The translations under genes and the position numbers were made by a program. A stretch of DNA of 26,925 bases from an uncultured Gemmatimonadota bacterium (GTDB lineage: Bacteria > SM23-81): assembly GCA_964584035.1 (NCBI GenBank), contig CAZOYL010000002.1, forward strand, positions 31,035-57,959, written 5' to 3'. Below are positions 8,211 through 15,705 of this stretch, piece by piece. How positions within the stretch are numbered: the first letter of the stretch is position 1; each line of letters opens with the position of its first letter. Below the pieces are notes generated by a model. That model had not been told where the DNA came from, ran no database searches, and saw nothing but the letters and a program-made list of their open reading frames with translations.

Positions 8211-9101
8211 ATGCGCCCCATCACAGGGTATCATTTTCTCGCTTTGCTCTATGGTATGTGCACTCTTATTCTGTTGATACCGACCGCCTGCTCGACGGTC
8301 GGATCCCTGGCCGGTCAGGCCGGCGTCCGGGTTCCTGAGGTGGAATTTACCGAGGTCCGGCTGAGGAAGCTCTCCTTTGACCGGGCCGATCTCGAGCTGG
8401 ATCTTCGGATCAACAATCCGAATCCCCTGAGCATCAGACTGGCCGGTTTCAGCTACGATCTGTTCATCGATCAGCAGCCCTTCCTCAAGGGAAGGGAGGA
8501 CCGGGAGGTGACCCTGGCGGCCAATGCAGAAAGCACGATTCCCCTGCCCCTGACCATCAGTTTCGACCACCTCTATGCGGCCTTCCGGGAGCTGCGGCAG
8601 AAAGATGCCGCCGAATACCTGCTGCAATGCGCTCTGTTCTTCGATCTCCCCATCCTGGGGCGTGTCGAGATCCCGGCAAGCAAGACAGGAGCTCTTCCTC
8701 TGCCAAAGATACCCGCGATGAATATCCAGTCGCTTTCGCTGCAACGGCTGAGTCTCTCGGGAGCCGATCTGGTCCTGCGCGTGCAGATGGAAAATCCGAA
8801 TGCCTTTACCATGGCGCTGGAGGGAATGCAGTATCAGCTGTTCGTCGACGATCAGGCCTGGGCTTCCGGAGAGACGGGAAACCGCATTTCCCTGGCAGAG
8901 AGAGGCAACGGTCTGGTAGAGATCCCCATTTCTCTCGATCTCCTCCGCATGGGAACTTCGATCCGGAGCCTTGTGACGGGATCAAAGCCCCTGTCTATCC
9001 GGCTCCTGGGTGACCTGGACATGAGCACTTCCATGCCTCCCCTGGATCGTACCCATCTTCCCTTCGATCTGCAGGGGAGTACCGCGGTGCTCCAGCCCTG
9101 A
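8211..9101 (+). CDS. Lipoprotein with two LEA_2/WHy domains
   Basis: Lipobox-like LLIPTAC. Two LxxxNPNxxxxxLxGxxYxLFxD repeats (INNPNPLSIRLAGFSYDLFID; MENPNAFTMALEGMQYQLFVD). AAGGAGG RBS. Confidence 0.88.
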   Translation: MRPITGYHFLALLYGMCTLILLIPTACSTVGSLAGQAGVRVPEVEFTEVRLRKLSFDRADLELDLRINNPNPLSIRLAGFSYDLFIDQQPFLKGREDREVTLAANAESTIPLPLTISFDHLYAAFRELRQKDAAEYLLQCALFFDLPILGRVEIPASKTGALPLPKIPAMNIQSLSLQRLSLSGADLVLRVQMENPNAFTMALEGMQYQLFVDDQAWASGETGNRISLAERGNGLVEIPISLDLLRMGTSIRSLVTGSKPLSIRLLGDLDMSTSMPPLDRTHLPFDLQGSTAVLQP

Positions 9102-9106
9102 CCGAA

Positions 9107-9146
9107 CCTCCTTTTTCAAAATAGGTATTCGGCGACGATTTGTCAA
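9107..9146 (-). promoter_or_regulatory. Orphan sigma70-type promoter plus SD, pointing antisense into the LEA gene
   Basis: Minus strand TTGACA-N17-TATTTT followed by AAGGAGG, with no ATG/GTG/TTG at normal spacing. Confidence 0.5.
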
Positions 9147-9212
9147 GAGTGCGCTCCCTCGAAGACGCCCGCGACCCTGGCAGGGCTCGGGCCATGCTCG
9201 ATCGGTCTGCCA

Positions 9213-10865
9213 TCACACGACCTTGACATCCTCCACCACCAGGACCAGCCCGCCGTGAATTCCCGGCGACAGATTATAGGCCACGTCGGCCAGACGGGCG
9301 GAGGACAGGGTGGCCAGCAGATTGGTGCGCATCCCCCGGAAATCGGACAGGCGGAAGGGAACCTCGTTGATCAGGCCCCGGGTCCCGTCCTCCCCGGCTT
9401 GGTCAAAAACCTTCACCTGAGCTTTGTAGCAACAGAACTGAGGAATGGAATTGGCCTGCCCGAAGGGCACCAGCCGCTGCAGATAGTCCAGCTCGTCGCC
9501 ATTCAATCTGGCCGGATTCAGCACGGCATCGATGCGCAGATAGGGCGGGGCAAACCGCCAGCTGGTGATCTCGCGGGCATACTGATTGATCTTCTGTCGA
9601 AACTCGCCGATATGTTTCGGATCCATGGAGAAGCCGCCCGCTCCCCGATGCCCCCCGTATTGCATAAAGAGATCCTCACAGTACTGAAAGGCCGCGAAGA
9701 TATCGAACCCCGTCGGCGCCCGGCCCTCGCCCACAATCCGTTCGCCCGTGTGCCCAATCACCACCACCGGCTGCCCATAATAGCGCCTGACCATGCTGGC
9801 ACAGGCCCCCAGGGCCCGAATGGGCGTCTCCTCAGCGACCACGATGATCACCGGCGACTCGAACAGGCGCTCCTCCGCGACGCGATCGACCACTCTGCTG
9901 CAGGCATCCTGAGTTTCCTGCCGTTTCGTTCGGCTGGATTCCATCAGCTCCTCGGCGATCTTCCTGGCCTCCTCCAAATCCTCGGTTTGCAGCAAGGTGG
10001 CCGATGAGAACTGTCCCTGGTGATTGCGGCCGAATTTCAGGGCTCCGTTCATCTCCTGAGCATTGGCTCCGGGACCCAGCAGCCGGCGGAGGGCGACGAT
10101 ACCCGGCCGGGTGGAGGATCTCAGCAGCTCATCGCCCAGGCGGCTGAAAACGCGGTTGTCCTCCACCAGGGGCACCCGGTCGGCGATCGTGCCCAGAGCC
10201 GCCATGTCGAGATGATGTTTGAAATCGAAGGCCGCATCTCCCGACAGGGCTCTGGCCAGTTGATAGGCCACGCCCACGCCGGCCAGGCTGCGGAAAGGAT
10301 AGCGGCTGTCGCCCCGCTTGGGATTGATCACCGCCAGGGCTCGCGGCAACCCGCCTTGAATCTCGTGATGATCGGTGATGATCACATCCAGCCCCACCTC
10401 GGAGGCCATCTGCATGCCGGGAAAATCACTCGATTCGCTGTCGACCGTGATGATCAAGCCAAACCGGTCGCGCTTGAATCGCTCCAGGGCCTCCCTGCGA
10501 AATCCATAGCCCTCGGTGGTCCGGTCGGGGATGTAATAGTCCGCCTGCGCTCCCAGGCCCCGGAGGGTTTCTCTCATCACAGTGACACTGGTGGCTCCAT
10601 CGGTGTCGTCATGGCCGAAGACCAGTATTCTCTCATGCTCGATCACTGCTTTGCGAATTCGCCCCACAGCCACTTCGATATCCGGCAGCAGGAAAGGATC
10701 GTTCAGGTGGGCCGTCTTAGGCTCCAAGAACCGCTCCGCCCGGGAGGGTTCATCCAAACCCCGGCCCACCAGAATGGCGGCCAGCAGCGGCGGAATGTCC
10801 AGCTGGCGGCTGATCCAGTCACGCTTTTCCTTATTCATCTCATTGATAATCCATTGATGGGACAC
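9213..10865 (-). CDS. recJ: RecJ-like DHH-family single-stranded DNA exonuclease (divergent)
   Basis: LLAAILVGRG, LNDPFLLPDI..AV.RI, GHDDTDG, YYIPDR..EGYG, ITVD, ITDHH, INPKR, LAGVGVAY, LGTIAD.VPL..DNR, GGH.GAGG, PFGQAN. Start reassigned to the GTG at 10865 behind GAGGTG, which removes the overlap with ltaE. Confidence 0.85.
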   Translation of the reverse strand: MSHQWIINEMNKEKRDWISRQLDIPPLLAAILVGRGLDEPSRAERFLEPKTAHLNDPFLLPDIEVAVGRIRKAVIEHERILVFGHDDTDGATSVTVMRETLRGLGAQADYYIPDRTTEGYGFRREALERFKRDRFGLIITVDSESSDFPGMQMASEVGLDVIITDHHEIQGGLPRALAVINPKRGDSRYPFRSLAGVGVAYQLARALSGDAAFDFKHHLDMAALGTIADRVPLVEDNRVFSRLGDELLRSSTRPGIVALRRLLGPGANAQEMNGALKFGRNHQGQFSSATLLQTEDLEEARKIAEELMESSRTKRQETQDACSRVVDRVAEERLFESPVIIVVAEETPIRALGACASMVRRYYGQPVVVIGHTGERIVGEGRAPTGFDIFAAFQYCEDLFMQYGGHRGAGGFSMDPKHIGEFRQKINQYAREITSWRFAPPYLRIDAVLNPARLNGDELDYLQRLVPFGQANSIPQFCCYKAQVKVFDQAGEDGTRGLINEVPFRLSDFRGMRTNLLATLSSARLADVAYNLSPGIHGGLVLVVEDVKVV

Positions 10866-10881
10866 GATCACCTCACTATCT

Positions 10882-11916
10882 CTATGCGGCAAAGGTCTCT
10901 TCGAATATCCGGGCGGCCCGGAGCACCTGTTCGGCGGTGACATCCAGATGGGTGACGACCCTGATCCTGGTCGCCCCGAAGACCACCACCAACAGGCCGT
11001 TCTCCTTCAGCCTTTCCACTGCCTGGGACGGGTCGATGCCCAGCCCGGCGATATCCATGACCACGATGTTGGTCTGGACCGTTGACAGATCGATGTGAAT
11101 GCCCTCGATGCGTTCCACCCGCTCGGCGAAGGCCCTGGCGTTGCGGTGATCCTCGGCCAGGCGGTCGATATGGTGCTCCAGGGCGTAAATCCCGGCGGCG
11201 GCCAGAATGCCGACCTGACGCATGCCGCCGCCGTACATCTTGCGGTAGCGCCGGCACCTGGCGATGAAATCCTTTTTTCCCGCCACCATGGATCCTGCTG
11301 GCGCCCCCAGGCCTTTCGATAGGCAGATGCTGACCGAGTCAAACAGGGCGGCATACTCCCGGGCGGGAAGGCCCGATGCCACGCTGGCATTGAACAGCCG
11401 CGCCCCGTCCAGGTGCATGGCGATGCCCTTCTCACGAGCCAGGCTGCTGATGGCGCGAATCTCCTCGATGGGGTAGACAACTCCCCCTGCCCGATTGTGG
11501 GTATTCTCCAAGCAGATCAGCGTGGTGGGCGGTATATGGATGTCATCCGGGCGGATGGCCGCTCCGACCTGTTCCGCCGTGAGGATGCCGTGACGGCCGT
11601 CGAGGGGATGAAGCTGGACCCCGGCCAGCACGGCCGGACCGGCCACCTCATAGTTGAAGGTATGGCAATTCCGCTCCAGAATGACCTCGTCCCCCGGCCG
11701 GGTGTGGGTGTTGATGGCCACCAGGTTGGACATGGTACCGCTGGGCACGAACAGGGCCGCCTCTTTGCCCAGCATCCCGGCCAGCATCTTCTCCAGCCGC
11801 CGGACGGTGGGATCATCTTGAAAAACGTCGTCCCCCACCTCAGCCTCGAAAATAGCCTGGCGCATCTCCGGCGAGGGTTTGGTGACGGTGTCGCTGCGCA
11901 GGTCGATGAAATTCAT
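10882..11916 (-). CDS. ltaE: Low-specificity L-threonine aldolase (PLP-dependent)
   Basis: IDLRSDTVTKP, VGDDV..DDPTV, FVPSGTMSN, LENTHN..GG, HLDGARLFNA, CLSKGLGAP (PLP lysine), GGGMRQVG. Confidence 0.96.
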   Translation of the reverse strand: MNFIDLRSDTVTKPSPEMRQAIFEAEVGDDVFQDDPTVRRLEKMLAGMLGKEAALFVPSGTMSNLVAINTHTRPGDEVILERNCHTFNYEVAGPAVLAGVQLHPLDGRHGILTAEQVGAAIRPDDIHIPPTTLICLENTHNRAGGVVYPIEEIRAISSLAREKGIAMHLDGARLFNASVASGLPAREYAALFDSVSICLSKGLGAPAGSMVAGKKDFIARCRRYRKMYGGGMRQVGILAAAGIYALEHHIDRLAEDHRNARAFAERVERIEGIHIDLSTVQTNIVVMDIAGLGIDPSQAVERLKENGLLVVVFGATRIRVVTHLDVTAEQVLRAARIFEETFAA

Positions 11917-11972
11917 AGGAAAACCTTTTGCGAAAGGTCTGCTTTCACCAGAAGTTTTAAACGTAGCTTAAT

Positions 11973-12001
11973 ATTATAACCGAATTTGATGATTCTGTCA
12001 A
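11973..12001 (-). promoter_or_regulatory. Consensus sigma70 promoter for ltaE-recJ
   Basis: Minus strand TTGACA-N17-TATAAT, an exact consensus match. Confidence 0.85.
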
Positions 12002-12127
12002 TGGGAAAAGAACGGGCGTGAAAGGCCCGGGTTGGTCGAAATACGAGGACCTCATCGTCACAGATCGGCTGCTTTCTGCCGGTCATTTTCAGATCATTTA
12101 GACAAGAAACATCGGTTCAATATTGTC

Positions 12128-12155
12128 TTGGCAAATAATCACAACGTGATACAAT
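12128..12155 (+). promoter_or_regulatory. Promoter for the 12201 ORF, with a palindrome in the spacer
   Basis: TTGGCA-N16-TACAAT with a TGn extension. ATCAC-N3-GTGAT palindrome lies in the spacer and reaches the first base of the -10. Confidence 0.5.
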
Positions 12156-12200
12156 GTACCTGACATCCCTTTCTCATCAAACCTATGAGGAGGTGCGGTT

Positions 12201-12416
12201 ATGAAAACCATCTCGCTGACCTTCTCAATCTATACCGAACCGGAGGGCAGACTGCCCCTGTGGGATGAGACCCAGAGCGCGGTGATCGTCGACCAGGGGG
12301 TCTTCAATGTCCCGCTGGGCTCGGTCATCCCCCTGGATGACGATGTCTTTGCCGTCCGCAAAGCGCTGAGCATGGCCGCCTGGCTGTTCAACCGTTGTTA
12401 TCAAATTTTATCTTGA
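12201..12416 (+). pseudogene. Remnant of the N-terminal domain of a large secreted/fibre-like protein
   Basis: LTFSIY....G..PLW.ETQ..V.V..GVFNV.LGSV.PL...VF resembles the domain that normally follows a signal peptide and a YQG-L motif. Both are absent here, and similarity stops near 12355. A strong GAGGAGGT SD is retained. Confidence 0.55.
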
Positions 12417-12441
12417 CAATAAAGATGAGCTTATAGATATT
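12413..12441 (+). promoter_or_regulatory. Putative promoter of the ACP operon
   Basis: TTGACA-N17-GATATT in AT-rich sequence, about 45 nt upstream of the ACP start. Confidence 0.45.
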
Positions 12442-12487
12442 GATCTTTTGTGTCTCCTTTAAAACCACTTTTGCTGGAGGACAAGAA

Positions 12488-12763
12488 ATGGTAGATCGCG
12501 AAGATGTCCAAAAACGTGTCATGAAAATCACCTCGCAAGTGCTGAAAATCGATTCGTCGAAAATCGGTCCCGAGATGAATTTCGTATTCGACCTGGGGGC
12601 AGAGTCAATTGACAGCATCGCTTTGGTGGCTGGTTATGAAAAAGAATTTAACATCGAGATGGATGAGGACTCGGCTTTTGAAGTGCAAACCATAGACAAG
12701 GCCGTCGACTACATCATTAATTGTTTAGAGAAGAAAGAAAATGAAGGAGCGGACACCACATGA
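12488..12763 (+). CDS. Acyl carrier protein, variant (DLGAES motif)
   Basis: Acidic 91-aa protein with F..DLGAESIDS..LV..YEKEFNIEM.ED.A..VQTI..AVDYI. ATG at 12488 follows GGAGGA; the track's TTG start at 12440 has no RBS. Confidence 0.88.
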   Translation: MVDREDVQKRVMKITSQVLKIDSSKIGPEMNFVFDLGAESIDSIALVAGYEKEFNIEMDEDSAFEVQTIDKAVDYIINCLEKKENEGADTT

Positions 12764-13548
12764 GAATCATTATTCTCAAAGATTATGATGAGGTGAGCAA
12801 ACGAGCGGCATCGATTATCTTCGAGCAAATTTGCAAGAAACCTCATTTCGTGCTGGGGTTGGATGTGTCCGATACGTTGATCGGAACCTACCAGGAACTG
12901 ATCAAGCTGAACAAAGAAGAGCGTCTGGATTTTTCCAGAGTGGTGACCTTCAACTTGGATGAATATTTAGGACTGCCGGCAATTCATCCTCAGAGCTGCC
13001 GCTTCTTTATGGATACCCATCTATTCGGCCACATCAATATCGACCAGCGAAACATCTATTTCCCCAATGGTCTCACCAAAGACCCGCAGGCTCTTTGTCG
13101 GCAATATGAGGACTTGATCAAAGAGGTTGCCGGAATCGATCTTCAGCTTTTAGCCATCGGAAAGAACGGTCATATCGGATTCAATGAGCCCGGCTCATCT
13201 CTGACTTCTCGTAGCAGAATAAAAACCCTGCCGGAGGAGACCTTTCAGGACAAACTCAAGACTTTTGAGAAGCCCGGAGAAGTTCCCAGATTCGCCATCA
13301 CCATGGGCCTGGGAACCATCATGGAAGCGCGGATGTGCATGTTGTTGGCCTGCGGGAAGAGAAAAACAGAGGCGTTGGTCAAGGCCATCGAGGGCCCGGT
13401 GAGCTCCAGTGTACCCGCCGCCATGTTACAGATTCATCCCAATGTCATCATCCTGGCCGATGAAGAAGCCGGGGCCGACCTGAAGCAGAAGAACTATTAC
13501 CTCTATGCTGAAAAAATGACCCATCACCTGGGATGCGCTCAAATATAG
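12760..13548 (+). CDS. nagB: Glucosamine-6-phosphate deaminase (NagB)-like protein with a divergent phosphate-binding loop
   Basis: MRIII..DY, VVTFNLDEYLGL, IG.NGHIGFNEPGSSL.SR, AITMGLGTIMEAR, K.EAL..AIEGPVS...PA.MLQ.HP. ATGA overlap with the ACP gene. Confidence 0.88.
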   Translation: MRIIILKDYDEVSKRAASIIFEQICKKPHFVLGLDVSDTLIGTYQELIKLNKEERLDFSRVVTFNLDEYLGLPAIHPQSCRFFMDTHLFGHINIDQRNIYFPNGLTKDPQALCRQYEDLIKEVAGIDLQLLAIGKNGHIGFNEPGSSLTSRSRIKTLPEETFQDKLKTFEKPGEVPRFAITMGLGTIMEARMCMLLACGKRKTEALVKAIEGPVSSSVPAAMLQIHPNVIILADEEAGADLKQKNYYLYAEKMTHHLGCAQI

Positions 13549-13554
13549 ATCAAT

Positions 13555-15705
13555 ATGAAAACGAAGAACTTCAGACAGATCTTTTATCCAAAGTCGATAG
13601 CCGTCATTGGGGCCACCAACACCCCGGGGACGGTCCCGAACGACATCTTCACCAACATCATGCGCAGCGGATACCCCGGACCGATCTATCCGGTCAGCCC
13701 CGGTCACGAGACCATTTCCGGCGCAAAGGCCTACAAATATGTCATCGACATTCCCCATCCGATCGATCTGGCCGTTATCGTTTTCCCCAGCAGCGTCTGC
13801 GCCCTGGCCCTGGAACAATGCGGACAGAAGGGCATCAAAGCGGCCATCGTGATATCAGCGGGATTCAAAGAGACCGGGCCAAAGGGCAAGGCGCTGGAAG
13901 ATGAGCTCAAGGCCATCGCCGAAAAATATGACATCTCGATCATCGGTCCCAATTGCCTTGGCGTCATCAACTCTGACCGGACCATACAACTGAACGCCAG
14001 TTTCGCCCGCAAGATGCCTGAAGAAGGAACGATCGGATTTTTATCCCAAAGCGGCGCCTTGTGCACGGCGGTGCTCGACTATGCCTTAAACAAACACATC
14101 GGTTTTTCCAAATTTGTCAGCTTTGGCAATAAAATGGACATCAATGAGGTCGATCTCCTCCAGTACCTGCTCGACGATGAAAAAACAGAGACGATTTTAT
14201 TGTATCTCGAAGAGGTCGGCCTGGGAAAAAAATTATTCCAGTTGCTGAAGGAAAACCCTCATAAGAAACCTATCCTGGCATTGAAAGCCGGGCGGACCTT
14301 GGATGGCATCGCCGCTGCCCAGTCTCATACCGGTTCATTGGCTGGATCAGATGAGGTCTGCGATGCAGCCTTCAGGCAGCTGGGCATCATTCGCGCCAAG
14401 AACATCGAGGAGATGTTCCATCACGCCATCGCTTTCACCTACCAACCTCTCCCCGCATCAAACCGGATCGCCATCGTAACCAACGCCGGCGGTCCCGGAG
14501 TGATGGCCACCGACACGGCCATTGAAAACGGACTGGAATTGGCCAAATTCAGCCCGGAAACGACCAAGACGCTTAAGAAATCATTGCCCAGAATGGCCAA
14601 CATCAAGAATCCAGTGGATCTCATTGGAGACGCCCGAGCCGATCGCTATGATGCCGCCTTGACCAACATCTCCCGAGATGACAATGTAGACGGTATTTTA
14701 TGTATCCTGACACCGCAATCGATGACCGATATAGAGGCCATTACCCATTTGATCTGCCGAGTCGAAAGGGAGATGGACAAGCCTCTGCTCTGCTCATTCA
14801 TGGGCGGGAGCGATGTGTCGAGCGGAATCGAGATGCTGCAAAAAAGGCATATACCGCACTATTCATTGCCCGAATCGGCCTGTCAATCCTTTGCGGCCAC
14901 CGTTCGTTATCAAAAATGGCTGTCCCGCCCCTCGAGCACGGTGAGAAATTTTCAAATCGATCGCTCTCGAGCCAGAGAAACGTTAGAAAAGTGCCTCGAA
15001 AGGGGCCAAAGCTACCTTCCTGAAGCGGACGCTCTTGAAATCTTAGACAGTTATGGATTCCCAATTTTGAAGCACGAGGTGGCCAAAACCGCTGAGCAAG
15101 CCGTCCATTTGGGCCAAAAGATCGGTTTCCCGGTGGCCCTAAAGATCCATTCCACGAACGTGCTGCACAAATCGGACATTGGCGGTGTGGCGATCAACTT
15201 GGAAAACGAACAAGACGTGGCTCGGGGATTCGATCATATCATCAACACCGTGAAAGCGATAAAACCGGATGCTCAGATTCTCGGGGTTCTGGTGGAGGAG
15301 ATGGCTCGTCCGGGCAAGGAAGTGATCATAGGCATGAAGAGAGATCCCAGTTTCGGGCCAGTGGTGATGTTTGGCGCCGGCGGGATCTATGTGGAATTCC
15401 TACGGGATATCGTTTTCAGAGTCGCTCCGATAACTGAATTGGATACCCGGGAGATGATGAGGGAAACCCGGTCATACGTTTTACTATCGGGCATCAGGGG
15501 CGAACAGCCCGGGGACATCGAATTCGTCGAAGAATGTTTGGGACGTCTTTCTCAATTGGCTCTGGATTTCCCTGAGATCAACGAACTGGATATCAATCCA
15601 CTGGTTGTTTACGCTGAAGGCAAAGGAGCTGCTATACTCGATGCCAGAATGACCCTGACCGTTCAGACGTCCACAAGAGACAGCGTTGGAGGAGTCCTGC
15701 CATGA
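13555..15705 (+). CDS. Acetate/acyl--CoA ligase (ADP-forming), fused alpha-beta type (CoA-binding, ligase and ATP-grasp domains)
   Basis: PKSIAVIGA, ISAGFKETG, IIGPNCLGVIN, SQSGAL, FVSFGNKMD, SHTGSLAG (phospho-His), VTNAGGPGVMATD, NPVDLIGDA, GFPVALKI.S..V.HKSDIGGV, ELDINPL. No C-terminal GNAT domain. Confidence 0.93.
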   Translation: MKTKNFRQIFYPKSIAVIGATNTPGTVPNDIFTNIMRSGYPGPIYPVSPGHETISGAKAYKYVIDIPHPIDLAVIVFPSSVCALALEQCGQKGIKAAIVISAGFKETGPKGKALEDELKAIAEKYDISIIGPNCLGVINSDRTIQLNASFARKMPEEGTIGFLSQSGALCTAVLDYALNKHIGFSKFVSFGNKMDINEVDLLQYLLDDEKTETILLYLEEVGLGKKLFQLLKENPHKKPILALKAGRTLDGIAAAQSHTGSLAGSDEVCDAAFRQLGIIRAKNIEEMFHHAIAFTYQPLPASNRIAIVTNAGGPGVMATDTAIENGLELAKFSPETTKTLKKSLPRMANIKNPVDLIGDARADRYDAALTNISRDDNVDGILCILTPQSMTDIEAITHLICRVEREMDKPLLCSFMGGSDVSSGIEMLQKRHIPHYSLPESACQSFAATVRYQKWLSRPSSTVRNFQIDRSRARETLEKCLERGQSYLPEADALEILDSYGFPILKHEVAKTAEQAVHLGQKIGFPVALKIHSTNVLHKSDIGGVAINLENEQDVARGFDHIINTVKAIKPDAQILGVLVEEMARPGKEVIIGMKRDPSFGPVVMFGAGGIYVEFLRDIVFRVAPITELDTREMMRETRSYVLLSGIRGEQPGDIEFVEECLGRLSQLALDFPEINELDINPLVVYAEGKGAAILDARMTLTVQTSTRDSVGGVLP

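Noticed and set aside
10866..10943. Upstream extension of the recJ ORF overlapping ltaE
   Set aside because: A GTG with an SD at 10865 gives a normal N-terminus and no overlap.
12002..12127. Short hairpins (GGGC-GTGAAAG-GCCC and AGACAA..TTGTCT) as a possible ncRNA
   Set aside because: Too short, and they match no RNA family I can recognise; they lie between divergent promoters.
13555..15705. Protein lysine acetyltransferase (Pat/PatZ) call
   Set aside because: There is no GNAT domain and the catalytic phospho-His (SHTG) is retained, consistent with a true ligase.
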